Below are positions 37,821 through 48,118 of a stretch of DNA of 64,000 nucleotides, piece by piece (position 1 is the stretch's first letter; each line of letters starts with the position of its first letter). Source of the stretch: an uncultured delta proteobacterium (GTDB lineage: Bacteria > Desulfobacterota > Desulfomonilia > UBA1062); NCBI GenBank assembly GCA_963798485.1, contig CAWCTR010000024.1, positions 1 to 64,000 on the forward strand, read 5' to 3'. The translations under genes and the position numbers were made by a program. Below the pieces are notes generated by a model. It was not told the origin of the DNA, searched no databases, and saw only the letters and a program-made list of their open reading frames with translations.

Positions 37821-39707
37821 ATGAAAGAAAGATTATCTACAGCCTGGAAGGGAATTAGTTTTATCCTATTTTTGTCTCTGATTTTTATCATACAAGGGTG
37901 CGGAGGCAGTGGAGGATCAAATTCAGGAAGTGGTATTTCTTCAAGTTCAGGCCAGGCTCTGATAGGCCTTACAGATGCCGCTGGGGATTTCGTGACCTAT
38001 CAGGTGGATGTAACCTCTCTCACGCTGACCAAAGCCAATGGCGCCGTGGTCCAGACTCTGCCTCTGAAAACCAGCGTGGATTTCACTCAGCTGACGGATA
38101 TGACGGAATTCCTGACTGCAGGTACAATCCCGGCTGGTGACTATACCAAGGCCGTCCTCACGCTGGACTATTCAAGTGCTGTCATTAAGGTGGAGAACTC
38201 ATCAGGAGCTGCCGTACAAGTCCCGGTTTCGAATATCCTTGACGAAGACGGCAATCCCATCACACAACCGGTCCAGGTTACGGTGAATCTGGATGTATCT
38301 TCTCTCACCATCGCCCGGGGAGTACCGGCCCATCTTTCTCTCGACTTTGACCTTGCGGCAACGAACACCGTGACTTTTGCTGAAGACGGCACACCCTCAG
38401 TGACGGTAACCCCTATTCTCAAGGCCGATCTTAAGCCAAGAGAAGACAAGATCCAGCGCCTGAGAGGCCCATTGCAGGATGTGAATGTGGCGGAAAGCTC
38501 ATTCGATATTATCCTGCGTCCTTTTGCCCAGGACCTCAAGGTTCATGACAAAGATTTCGGAACCATGAAGGTCACGGTTGATAGCAGCACCGCTTTTAAT
38601 ATTGATGGGGTAGTTTACACCACAGGCGGACTCCAGGCACTTGCAGCTGAGCCTGCATACACAGGGGTCATTGCCCACGGTCAATTTTCGACTACACCGC
38701 AACTCCACTTTGTCGCCACAGAGGTCCTTGCCGGATCGAGCGTGCCGGGCGGTACAATGGATGTGGTGAAAGGGACCGTGATAAGCCGCTCTGGTGATGT
38801 GATAACACTCAAGGGTGCAACCCTCATAAGGGCAGGGGGTAGCATTGTGTATAATGATAAGATCAAAGTAACATTAGGTAGCGGTACCAAGGTAAGTAAG
38901 CAGCAGTCTAAAGACAAGACCCTCACAAAAGATGATATCTCAGTGGGCCAGTGTGTCATGGTATTCGGGACACTTACAAGTACCGATGCCGCTAACCTCC
39001 AGCTTGATGCATCCAGTGGTTATGCACGTATGTTTCTGACTGTACTTATCGGAAGCGTAGCGACCCCGGACAGCAGTGCGGAGTTGGGAATCAACCTGCA
39101 GGCTATTGACTGGCGGAAGATATCGCTGTTCGATTTTGCCGGGACAGGTGACGTTTCAGCCCATGATGCCAACCCTCTCAACTACATTGTGGACACAAGC
39201 ACCCTTGACACTGCTTCACTTACCATCGGGACACCGATCAAGGTAAGGGGGTTTGTGAGTCCGTTTGGTACTGCTAACCCTACAGCAGTCCCTGACTTTG
39301 AGGCAGAGACCATTGTTGATGTTTCCGATGTACCTGGGCTTATGAATGTAGGCTGGGGACTAGGGAAGAAAGATGCATTCAATGGTATCACAGGGACTGG
39401 ACTCTCATTGCACCTCGGGGACACTGGGTTCTTCCATCGAATCAATAGGGTGGGTGTTATGACGGATCTGGATTCACTGTCAGTCACAACCCCAGAGATT
39501 GTTCCCTCGGGAAACAGCACGGACCGGTTCCGAATAGACCAGGGTAGTATCTCCCAGGTTTACACATCCTACTCAAGCTTTGAAACCGATCTCCAGAGCA
39601 AGATTACAGGGGGAGCTAAGGTGAAGCACATCTATGCCTGGGGGACATTCAATAACACAACCTCAACCCTGACCTCAGGGTATGTTATCGTGAAACTCAG
39701 CAGTTAG
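37821..39707 (+). CDS. Large beta-rich lipoprotein (DUF4382-type N-terminal domain plus repeated OB-like domains)
   Basis: Lipobox IQGC, Gly/Ser linker, IGLTDA and LSLDFDL motifs. Confidence 0.65.
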   Translation: MKERLSTAWKGISFILFLSLIFIIQGCGGSGGSNSGSGISSSSGQALIGLTDAAGDFVTYQVDVTSLTLTKANGAVVQTLPLKTSVDFTQLTDMTEFLTAGTIPAGDYTKAVLTLDYSSAVIKVENSSGAAVQVPVSNILDEDGNPITQPVQVTVNLDVSSLTIARGVPAHLSLDFDLAATNTVTFAEDGTPSVTVTPILKADLKPREDKIQRLRGPLQDVNVAESSFDIILRPFAQDLKVHDKDFGTMKVTVDSSTAFNIDGVVYTTGGLQALAAEPAYTGVIAHGQFSTTPQLHFVATEVLAGSSVPGGTMDVVKGTVISRSGDVITLKGATLIRAGGSIVYNDKIKVTLGSGTKVSKQQSKDKTLTKDDISVGQCVMVFGTLTSTDAANLQLDASSGYARMFLTVLIGSVATPDSSAELGINLQAIDWRKISLFDFAGTGDVSAHDANPLNYIVDTSTLDTASLTIGTPIKVRGFVSPFGTANPTAVPDFEAETIVDVSDVPGLMNVGWGLGKKDAFNGITGTGLSLHLGDTGFFHRINRVGVMTDLDSLSVTTPEIVPSGNSTDRFRIDQGSISQVYTSYSSFETDLQSKITGGAKVKHIYAWGTFNNTTSTLTSGYVIVKLSS

Positions 39708-39720
39708 TCTGAAACATGAG

Positions 39721-39762
39721 CGGGGCGTGCTTTAAATACACGCCCCGTATCCTGTCTTTTTT
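39721..39762 (+). terminator. Rho-independent terminator
   Basis: CGGGGCGTG-CTTTAAATA-CACGCCCCG with a downstream T-tract. Confidence 0.6.
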
Positions 39763-39816
39763 CAATATTTCAGTGGTAAAGATGCTATGTTGAAGTGTTA
39801 TTAGCTTGAGTGTTGA

Positions 39817-39997
39817 TTACTTCGATTTTATCACGGTTTTGAGAAAGCCGAAAACTGTTGATCTTGGTTTGAAATCTATGCAGCAAAGCCCTCCACATCA
39901 GAGCGTGTTGAATCATGTTATCGTCGCTTTTCCATGCCCCCCGCTTTTCCGATGATTATGAAAAGTAATCTATTCTCTGGAATAACCATTGGCCCTG
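39817..39997. repeat. Degenerate ~180-bp direct repeat, copy 1 (copy 2 at 41466-41519 plus 43370-43494, split by IS1182)
   Basis: Shared colinear blocks ATTACTTCGATTT, TGATCTT, CTATGCAGCAA, ATCAGAGC, TTTTCCATGCCCC, CGATGATTATGAAAA and AATAACCATTGGCC. Confidence 0.7.
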
Positions 39998-40199
39998 GCA
40001 CAATAGATGGGCGGTTTTAGAATATCCCAATACCGATTATTCTCCAAATAAACACCTACGCAAAAAGAAACTTCAATCTAGAAGGACCTGGTGGCATGGA
40101 ATGTATGTTATAAGTAATTTAACAGCATATTGCACTTGCACTCAATATCTGGATATTCCGCAATAGTGCTCCTGTTAACAATGATGATATACTGGAATA

Positions 40200-41387
40200 G
40201 TGCAGTATAATAAATGGCCGGAAAGAACAAATCAATTTATGATTTGCCTCATCCGCATACAAGCATTCGACTGGAAACTCATGGCTTTTCGCTGCGCAAT
40301 ATTCGCGGTCACCATCGTGATCTGGGCGACGTTTGCAGCGGCGGCTGAACTGGAAATTCGCATCGATAATCCACCTATGAATGGAACCGTGATTGCGCTA
40401 CTGTTCAACTCTGCCAGCACGTTTGTCGACCTTCGCGATCCGGTGAACGTTGTCACTCTTCCTTCCGGTGGCACCATGCCAGGACGCATTCATGACCTAC
40501 CCAGTGGCGAATATGCATTGGTAGTTTACCAGGACGAGAACAGCAACGGACTCCTGGATAAGAATTTCATTGGTATCCCGCGTGAACCTCTTGGCTTTTC
40601 AAATAGCTACTGGCCACAAGGTCCTCCTGCCTTCACCCGCGCGGCGTTCCGGCTCGAAGAAGGTGAAACGAAAACAATAGATATCAAACTGCAATCGGTC
40701 TTTGGGAAGTTGGGTCTACTGGGTGTCGGTGTGGGTGTCATCTTGCAGACCAGCCCGTACCGTGATTCCAAACACTTGATTGTTCAACCCATTCCCGCGA
40801 TCAGTTACATCGGCGACTGGGTTCAGATTCTCGGTCCTACAGCCCAGTGCGGCATTATGAATTGGAGTAATGTCAGACTTGCAGCAACTGCGAGTTATCG
40901 TCTTGGAGCCTACCGCGAAAGTGACAGTCCCTACCTGCATGGCATGGGAGATCGCGATGACACTCTGATGGGAGGCCTGGCATTACAGGTTCAATTACCT
41001 GCGGGCTTCGAACTTTCGGCCGGGTATGAGCATGACCTACTCAACCGCATCGGTGGCGGCAACGGCCGCATAGGACTGGAAAAGGCTTTTCAGCAAGGTC
41101 TGCTGACGGTTTCTCCACAACTGGCGCTAAACTGGTTTACAGCTGAACTGGCCGACTACGAATATGGAGTGCCCGCAGACCGAGTCCGCGAGGGTCGACC
41201 AGCCTATCATCCCAGCGATTCAGTGAATCTCGAAATAGGGGTTACTCTATTCCGAGAACTTTATGACGATTGGCGAATTATCCTTACTGGGAGTGTCATA
41301 TTCCTGCCCTCGGAACTCACCACCAGCCCGATTGTGGGTCAGGCGCACGTGTTTAATGGTTTTATTGCAGTCACCCGGTTGTTCTAA
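40200..41387 (+). CDS. DUF2141 domain fused to a MipA/OmpV-family outer-membrane barrel
   Basis: GEYALVVYQDENSNGLLDKNFIGIPREPLGFSN (DUF2141), then SPYRDS, DYEYGV..RPAY, SPIV and a terminal F (MipA). Start uncertain (40200, 40239 or 40281). Confidence 0.7.
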   Translation: MQYNKWPERTNQFMICLIRIQAFDWKLMAFRCAIFAVTIVIWATFAAAAELEIRIDNPPMNGTVIALLFNSASTFVDLRDPVNVVTLPSGGTMPGRIHDLPSGEYALVVYQDENSNGLLDKNFIGIPREPLGFSNSYWPQGPPAFTRAAFRLEEGETKTIDIKLQSVFGKLGLLGVGVGVILQTSPYRDSKHLIVQPIPAISYIGDWVQILGPTAQCGIMNWSNVRLAATASYRLGAYRESDSPYLHGMGDRDDTLMGGLALQVQLPAGFELSAGYEHDLLNRIGGGNGRIGLEKAFQQGLLTVSPQLALNWFTAELADYEYGVPADRVREGRPAYHPSDSVNLEIGVTLFRELYDDWRIILTGSVIFLPSELTTSPIVGQAHVFNGFIAVTRLF

Positions 41388-41519
41388 CGACGATATGCTG
41401 AGAAATGAAAGTAGTAAGAGGCCAACAAGCGCCTCCACATGTACAAGAAGTTATCCGATATGAATATTACTTCGATTTCGTCTCGGTTTTTAACTCTCTG
41501 AATCCTGATGATCTTAGGT

Positions 41520-43369
41520 GAGGCAGTCGAAAAACCATTTTAGGTAGAAGGTCTTCTCCATATAATTGGTACATTTTCAAATCATGATTACATACGTTCT
41601 CGATTAAACTTTCTTCAGGTCATCCATTCATACCATTGATAACCTTGTAAGGATTCCTCCCCCTTTGATGTTTTATGCGAAGCCATAGGTTGCTATTTTC
41701 TCTATATTGTGAACCATGCAGTACAAGAGCCATTGTATGTTGACCTTGATCTTCCCCCTCAGTGTAAACCTGTCCATCCGTTTATTGGTGCGGATATTCC
41801 CGAATACCTGTTCTACTATGGCAATCCGGTGGGAATAGATCTTCCGGCCTTTCTCACTCTCGATCTTCTCCACCATAATCTGTGAGAGGTTGATCCCATC
41901 AGGTCCGATGGGAACCGTCAAGTTCTTGGGGCCACGGCCATTCCCATATATGCACTTGCTCTTTAGCCTGCAGTCTCTGCAGTCCTGTTTTTGTGCACGA
42001 TATAATCGATATAAATTCCCAGTGGAACGATGGCACTTTTCCGATAGTTTAAGTATCTTCCCATTGGGACAGACATACTGATCTTCTTCCTCATTATAGA
42101 GGTAGTCCTCAAGAGCATAGTGGGTCCTGGTCATGCGGCCTTTCCGCCTCCATTCATCATATCGCGGGTCTCTCGTGCTCATTTGCTTATCCGGGATGTA
42201 CGCATCCAACTTCTCGTCTTCACATTTCTGGATATTGCCCTTGCTGTGATAGCCGCTGTCAGCTGTGAGTGTCTTTCCCGCAAAGTATTCTGCAGAATCC
42301 GCCTGACCAATCTGACTCATGTTCTCCTTGGCACCATCGATCATCGGCGGAATGAGCGCCTCATCATGGCCTTCTCCGAACACCTCGCCATGGATGATCA
42401 CCCGATGCTTAGCATCCACCAACGCCTGGCTGTTGTACCCCTGGATCATTCCATGTGATGTGATCATCGTCGCTGAATCATTGTCCGTGACGTTGCTCCT
42501 GATCTCCCGTCCCTTCTTCCCGATCTTGGCTTCATTCTCCTTCAGCCACGCCTGTATCCGATCAGCCTGCCTCTTGAGCGCCTCAACCTGTTTCTCGCGA
42601 TTGCCTCCGGAAAAGGGTGGATCATCGTCCTTCCGGTCCTCTTCCTCCTGCTCGTTGAGCGTCTGCCTGACCCGTTCCTCGATCTTCTCCTTCTTCCTCC
42701 TCAGATCATCGACCTTCCCGCTCCACCTCATGGACGCATTGCCGGGAAGCTTGCAGCCGTCCAAAGCAAAGAAGGTCCCCCCAAGCAGATTCATCTCCTC
42801 ACAGACCAAGAGCACATCCCTGAACAACGGCAGGATCTCATCCTTCATGGATGCTACAAAAGGGGCTATCGTGCTGTGGTCAGGATACTGCCCGCAGCTC
42901 AATGCCATGAACACCACGTTCTCCTTGCATGCCTGTTCGATCTTCCTCGACGAGATCAGTCCCCGTGAGTATCCCAGCAATACGACCTTCAGTAAAATCC
43001 GGGGATCGTATGCCCTTCGTCCGGTCTCATCATTGCGGTACTTCTCATCGAATATGCTCACGTCCATACGCTCATCTACAAGTGTGTGGATCGCGAATTC
43101 CAGGGTCCCGGGCATGAGCTGTTCCTTCAATGATACCGGTATCAGCATGTCTTGTGCGTACGTGTAAGGCTTGTACTTGGCCATGGCTTCCAACCCTTTC
43201 TGAAATGGGGAGAATGAAAAATCTTCGCTCCTTGATTACAACCTGAATATATCACATATCATATTGAATATAAAGGCTATTATTGACTTTTTGATGAATA
43301 TTTTGTGCTATATGAAAATTGACTTTAGCAACCCCTTACAAGAGACAACCGACCTTTTTCGACAACCTC
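41520..43369 (-). mobile_element. IS1182-family insertion sequence (copy A)
   Basis: TIRs GAGGCAGTCGAAAAA / TTTTTCGACAACCTC (13/15), flanked by a 3-bp direct repeat GGT. Confidence 0.85.
41673..43184 (-). CDS. IS1182-family transposase
   Basis: GRRAYDP, SSRKIE, PDHSTI, LDGCK, TDND, ADSGY and VEQVFGNI motifs. Confidence 0.9.
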   Translation of the reverse strand: MAKYKPYTYAQDMLIPVSLKEQLMPGTLEFAIHTLVDERMDVSIFDEKYRNDETGRRAYDPRILLKVVLLGYSRGLISSRKIEQACKENVVFMALSCGQYPDHSTIAPFVASMKDEILPLFRDVLLVCEEMNLLGGTFFALDGCKLPGNASMRWSGKVDDLRRKKEKIEERVRQTLNEQEEEDRKDDDPPFSGGNREKQVEALKRQADRIQAWLKENEAKIGKKGREIRSNVTDNDSATMITSHGMIQGYNSQALVDAKHRVIIHGEVFGEGHDEALIPPMIDGAKENMSQIGQADSAEYFAGKTLTADSGYHSKGNIQKCEDEKLDAYIPDKQMSTRDPRYDEWRRKGRMTRTHYALEDYLYNEEEDQYVCPNGKILKLSEKCHRSTGNLYRLYRAQKQDCRDCRLKSKCIYGNGRGPKNLTVPIGPDGINLSQIMVEKIESEKGRKIYSHRIAIVEQVFGNIRTNKRMDRFTLRGKIKVNIQWLLYCMVHNIEKIATYGFA

Positions 43370-43638
43370 GGTTGAAACCTATGCAGCAAGGCGGTCAATA
43401 TCAGAGCATGTCCTGGCATGAAATCTTTGATTTTCCATGCCCCGTTTTTTCGATGATTATGAAAATAAATGCTCTTCAATAACCATTGGCCTTGTTACCC
43501 AGTATCATCACTTTGGAAGGACTGTAGCAACAATATGATAAAAATGTCATTTATATTAAGTCATTTATCTTGTTCATTGCAGTCCTCAAGAAATAAGTTC
43601 AAGAGGTACTTTGGTTCTTTCAGTTATTACCGGCTTAA

Positions 43639-44574
43639 TTATCTGTTTTCTTCAATGACCTGCTTATAAGCATTTGTTTCTAAATAGATTTCATCTTTTA
43701 GTGGATTGAACCTGTTTTTACGAATCTTATTAAACTGATAGGCAGCTAGTGCAACATTTGCGATTAAGGATAACAGGCTTACGATGAAAAAAGCGGTTGG
43801 ATTATGCGTGGTAGCAACAGGAGCTATGCGATCTGCAAACGAAGGTATCGTCATAACAAACATAATCCACAAGGCAAGGGTCTGCGCACGATGCTGCAGC
43901 CACGCTCCTTTTTTGATAAAAAAAGCAGGTATGGTGCAGGCAAGCAACAAAGCTAAGCCACAATAAAATGAATGATCGGCTATACAGTTGTAGGTATAGG
44001 CGAAGTTCCACAAATCATAAGCTATGATCCAAGGCCAGATCATGTCAGGCCAGATCATATCCTTTGTCTTGTCTTTAGAAATAAAGATACCAAGCCAGCC
44101 ACAGATGGTGATGATGTTAAGGAGGCCGGCTATACCATTCATGATATTCCATGGTCCTGACATCACCCAAAGATGGTTTATATATGCTCCGTTCCATGCA
44201 CTATATGAAAAGCATTGGAAATCACGAATACATGCTTCAAGGATATTAATTGCCAAGATGAAAGGAGGAAAGCATAACGCCCACTTCTTTTCGGCAAGCA
44301 CTGGAATATAGCGGATAGCCATAAAACCAAGACACCCTGCAAGGGCTGAGTAGGTTTTTACCCAGTTAAACCAAGTGCCCGTACCATATTCATTGCCTGG
44401 GGCTGCGGTCGTTGGCCAGACAAAGATAGTTAACGCTACAGGAACAATTAGAAAGAGTACAAGCCCGCCCCATTTTGTGGTGCGACCAAGTTCATTAAAA
44501 GCCATTAAAGCAAAGAAAACAAAAAGCCAAATCGCCCAACTTGTGAAGCTCGTTACTTCATACAAAAAACCCAT
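43639..44574 (-). CDS. DUF5692-like integral membrane protein
   Basis: Polytopic; WFNWVKTYSAL, INILEA, YDLWNFAY and WLQHRAQTL motifs; GGAGG RBS. Family call from memory. Confidence 0.6.
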   Translation of the reverse strand: MGFLYEVTSFTSWAIWLFVFFALMAFNELGRTTKWGGLVLFLIVPVALTIFVWPTTAAPGNEYGTGTWFNWVKTYSALAGCLGFMAIRYIPVLAEKKWALCFPPFILAINILEACIRDFQCFSYSAWNGAYINHLWVMSGPWNIMNGIAGLLNIITICGWLGIFISKDKTKDMIWPDMIWPWIIAYDLWNFAYTYNCIADHSFYCGLALLLACTIPAFFIKKGAWLQHRAQTLALWIMFVMTIPSFADRIAPVATTHNPTAFFIVSLLSLIANVALAAYQFNKIRKNRFNPLKDEIYLETNAYKQVIEENR

Positions 44575-44911
44575 AGCACTCTACCTCCAATAAAATCGTA
44601 AATTATAATAGCACTGTTATGTGCAGTGCTTTTTCTTTAACCTTATTGATATAGTAAAGATATACTGCACAGATTCAAGAGCTATGAGGGTAATTGTTAG
44701 ACAAGTTTCATGTTTAGCTGCCTGGTTTATTCATAGACAGAGCTATGGTTGATTTTGCTTTTCCTGACCATATAGAAAAGGAAGGCGTATCTATTGATAA
44801 AAAGGATAATAACAAGGAAAAGAGAACATCCATGATGAGTAAAGATTCTCTTTGTTAGTGACCCCGGTAATATTAGGAGTTAAACTAACAGCGCCATTAG
44901 GAGAGCTAAAA

Positions 44912-45451
44912 ATGGGTAAACTTATCAATCTAATGGCTGTGTTGGGGATGACCATGCTCCTGACTGCTTGCGTCGCAACTCTTCCGTCACTCAAGACTGT
45001 TGACCATGTTGATATTCAGCGCTTCATGGGGGACTGGTATGTTATCGCCTGTATCCCGACCCCTTATGAAACAGAAGTTTACAATGCTATCGAATCCTAC
45101 CAGCTTGATGAAGATGGCACGATCGCCACAACCTTTACATTCCACAAGGGGGCTTTTGACGGCCCGCTCAAGACCTATAAACCACGTGGCTTCATTGTCA
45201 ACTCCACCACTAATGCTACCTGGGGAATGCAATTCATCTGGCCTATCAAGGCCGAATACCTGATTACCTACTTGACTGATGACTACACTCAGACCGTGGT
45301 CGCCCGCAACAAGCGGGACTACGTATGGATTATGGCCCGAAAGCCTGAAATACCCGAAGTGGACTATATCCGTATCGAGGAGATGCTTGCAGCACAGGGG
45401 TATGACTCCTCGAGGCTGATCAAGATTCCGCAGCGCTGGCCCGAACCATGA
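44912..45451 (+). CDS. Bacterial lipocalin lipoprotein (Blc-like)
   Basis: Lipobox LTAC; VDIQRFMGDWYVIA, DYT and YVWIMAR lipocalin motifs. Confidence 0.85.
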   Translation: MGKLINLMAVLGMTMLLTACVATLPSLKTVDHVDIQRFMGDWYVIACIPTPYETEVYNAIESYQLDEDGTIATTFTFHKGAFDGPLKTYKPRGFIVNSTTNATWGMQFIWPIKAEYLITYLTDDYTQTVVARNKRDYVWIMARKPEIPEVDYIRIEEMLAAQGYDSSRLIKIPQRWPEP

Positions 45452-46038
45452 AAACATATGCTTTAATGGGAAGGAAACTCCTCAACATAATTCTGTTTCA
45501 GGCGGCCTGGTTTGCGGCAGTGATGGGGGCTAGCAACGGAAACGAGTGGTATGGGCCGATGGCAGTGGCATTGGTGCTTTTGGTGCATTTCGTGCTCATC
45601 GAAGACCGCCTGAGTGAGCTGCGTTTGCTGCTTGTGACGGGAACCCTCGGATTCTGTTTCGATACAGCGCTGTCGGTCGCTGGAATCGTCACCCCCCGGG
45701 GACATATCCTGCCCCATCCTTTCAGCCAGCCCTGGATGGTCTCCCTCTGGCTTAATTTCGCAGCCACTCTCAATGTATCTCTGGAATGGCTCAAAGGGCG
45801 CTACCTGTTGGCGGCAATTTTCGGTGCTGTCGGAGGGACCTGCGCCTACTACAGCGGTGCCCGGCTGGGAGCGACACTGGCACTGCCGGATGTCCAGGGT
45901 ATCATCATTCTGGCAGTGGGCTGGGGGATCGTGACACCGATTCTGGTCTGGCTGGCAAGTCAGTTTCAAAAGAAAGGCTCCCCCGAACAACAGTTCCATA
46001 AGAACACATCTCATGCGGAAGGAAGGAAAGCAGGATGA
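45448..46038 (+). CDS. DUF2878-family membrane protein
   Basis: NIILFQAAWF, WMVSLW.FA.TLN and AYYSGARLGA motifs. Confidence 0.75.
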   Translation: MKTYALMGRKLLNIILFQAAWFAAVMGASNGNEWYGPMAVALVLLVHFVLIEDRLSELRLLLVTGTLGFCFDTALSVAGIVTPRGHILPHPFSQPWMVSLWLNFAATLNVSLEWLKGRYLLAAIFGAVGGTCAYYSGARLGATLALPDVQGIIILAVGWGIVTPILVWLASQFQKKGSPEQQFHKNTSHAEGRKAG

Positions 46039-46436
46039 AAGTCATCTATCTCTATTTTCTCACAATACCTGTATTCTTCGGGATCGATATGATCTGGCTC
46101 GGGTTTGTTGCAAAGGGGTTTTACCGGAAGAATCTGGGTCAGCTGCTCCGGTCGGATGTAAACTGGTCCGCAGCCTTGGTTTTTTATCTGCTCTACATCG
46201 GTGGTATCCTGATCTTTGCAACTATGCCGGCACTGGAGAAAAATTCGTTGTATCAGGCAGTTGTTTTCGGGGGATTGTTCGGCTTCTTCGCCTATGCCAC
46301 CTATGACTTAACAAACTTGGCCACCCTGAAGGGCTGGCGGCTCAATGTCGTTATAGTGGATATCATCTGGGGTATAGTACTGACTGCAAGCGTTGCGGCG
46401 GCGAGCTTCCTGATCGGCCGATGGCTCATGACTTGA
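46035..46436 (+). CDS. DUF2177-family membrane protein
   Basis: IDMIWLG, AYATYDLTNLATLKGW and DIIWG motifs. Confidence 0.8.
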   Translation: MKVIYLYFLTIPVFFGIDMIWLGFVAKGFYRKNLGQLLRSDVNWSAALVFYLLYIGGILIFATMPALEKNSLYQAVVFGGLFGFFAYATYDLTNLATLKGWRLNVVIVDIIWGIVLTASVAAASFLIGRWLMT

Positions 46437-46461
46437 GAGAGGACCTGCAGGGGGTGATTCA

Positions 46462-47241
46462 ATGAAACTGGTCAATACCTTTTTGAGCGCTGCACTGATC
46501 GTGTTCCTGTACATGACGGCATTATACCTGCTAGCTCTCAGGCGCAAGGACAACAGTATTGCCGATGTGGCCTGGGGTTCGGGGTTTATACTCGTGGCCT
46601 GGTTCACCTTTATTTTGTACGGTTCCTTTACCGTGCGGCAACTAACTGCTTGTTTTCTGGTGTTGATCTGGGGGCTCAGGCTCTCAGTCAGGATCTATCT
46701 GCGTAACAGAGGTAAAGGAGAAGACGCACGGTACCGGAAGTGGCGGGAGGAATGGGGCAAGTCTTTTATCGTAAGGAGCTATCTCCAGGTTTTTCTCCTT
46801 CAGGGAGGAATCCTGATTCTGAACATTACCCCTGTTCTTTTCATCAATACCTATGCCGTGGGTACCCTAGGTCTGATTGATTTGCTGGGTGTGTTTCTCT
46901 GGGTAATGGGTTTTTGCTTCGAGTCTCTTGCTGACTGGCAGCTGGACAGGTTCATCAAGAACCCGGATAACCGGGGTAAGATCATGTACCAGGGCCTATG
47001 GCGTTATTCAAGACACCCAAACTACTTCGGCGAAGTCACGATGTGGTGGGGCATATATATCCTTGCCTTATCGGCACCCTGGGGTTGGGTGTCCATTATC
47101 GGACCATTGACGATAAGCTACATAATCCTGTTTGTGTCCGGGGTTCCTATGACGGAAAAATTCATGGAGGACAATCCGGCCTTTGCTGACTACAAAAGAC
47201 GGACGAGTGCCTTTATTCCCTGGTTTTCCGGAAAGGATTGA
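46462..47241 (+). CDS. DUF1295-family (steroid 5-alpha-reductase-like) membrane protein
   Basis: DVAWG, WGLRL, EDARY, ADWQL and GLWRYSRHPNYFGE motifs. Confidence 0.85.
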   Translation: MKLVNTFLSAALIVFLYMTALYLLALRRKDNSIADVAWGSGFILVAWFTFILYGSFTVRQLTACFLVLIWGLRLSVRIYLRNRGKGEDARYRKWREEWGKSFIVRSYLQVFLLQGGILILNITPVLFINTYAVGTLGLIDLLGVFLWVMGFCFESLADWQLDRFIKNPDNRGKIMYQGLWRYSRHPNYFGEVTMWWGIYILALSAPWGWVSIIGPLTISYIILFVSGVPMTEKFMEDNPAFADYKRRTSAFIPWFSGKD

Positions 47242-47290
47242 AGACTAAAGAGTATTTTATTTATTCTGCAAGGGGATATAAGGTGGATGT

Positions 47291-47902
47291 ATGAACAGCA
47301 AAACACGGAAACTTCTTCTCATAAGCATCATTTTGACAACCCACTTGATCCCCTTTCCGGACATCGCCCTAGCAGACTTGGATATGAGTCAGTCCGCCGT
47401 CACAATCACCATTTCAGGGGTTGTGATGGATAAGACAGTTCAAATAGACGGCCATACATGTAACTTGATCGGGGCAGGACTGCTCCGCTATCGGACTGTG
47501 TTCAAGGGATATGTCGCAGCCCTCTATCTGGAAAAAAAGCATACCTCTGGAGACCTTTTCAAAGATATCCCCAAGAGCCTGGTGATCGAATACTTCCACG
47601 GGATTGCTGCCCAGGGGTTCATTTCAGCCACCCAGCAGGGTTTCATGAATAATCTCTCCAAGAATCAACTAGAGGCAATTAATGAACGTGCCAAGACCCT
47701 CTATTCACTTTACCGTGATGTCAAGCCTAAGGATAGATATTCTTTTACATACATACCAGGTATAGGCTCACAAATAGCCCTGAATGGAAAGGTTTTAGGG
47801 ACCATCATTGGACTTGATTTTTCAAACGCCATGCTGTCCATCTGGCTTGGTCCTAATCCGCTGGATCAAACCCTAAAAAAAGCTCTTCTGGGCGAGAATT
47901 AA
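47291..47902 (+). CDS. Chalcone isomerase-like (fatty-acid-binding) exported protein
   Basis: LIGAGLLRY.FKGYVAALY and SIWLGPNP..LKKALLG motifs. Confidence 0.8.
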   Translation: MNSKTRKLLLISIILTTHLIPFPDIALADLDMSQSAVTITISGVVMDKTVQIDGHTCNLIGAGLLRYRTVFKGYVAALYLEKKHTSGDLFKDIPKSLVIEYFHGIAAQGFISATQQGFMNNLSKNQLEAINERAKTLYSLYRDVKPKDRYSFTYIPGIGSQIALNGKVLGTIIGLDFSNAMLSIWLGPNPLDQTLKKALLGEN

Positions 47903-48118
47903 ACCTGAGAAATTCTATAAAAAGAACATGAGGTTCTGCCAAGGTTATATAACAAGAAGAAGGTAGACATATTCAGATGCCTTCAAGCTTCTCAATGGTA
48001 CCCCTTCAGAAAACATAAACACGAAGATCATCCAGCTTGATTTTCTGCAACGTCTTCCTTACTTTGTATTATATTGTCTTATTACTGGGGAGTTATACCT
48101 TAGGCGGGGGAATAAGTA

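Noticed and set aside
41390-41519. TruA-like fragment (IEVIFISDNFLYMWRR) on the minus strand of repeat copy 2
   Set aside because: The resemblance is short and not shared by copy 1; insufficient without a search.
42319-43167. 282-aa ORF antisense to the transposase, and similar shadow ORFs throughout the window
   Set aside because: They lie opposite well-supported genes and have no recognisable motifs.
44610-44630. Palindrome AGCACTG-N7-CAGTGCT upstream of the DUF5692-like gene
   Set aside because: Single 7-bp IR with no cognate regulator or second copy seen; could be an operator but unsupported.
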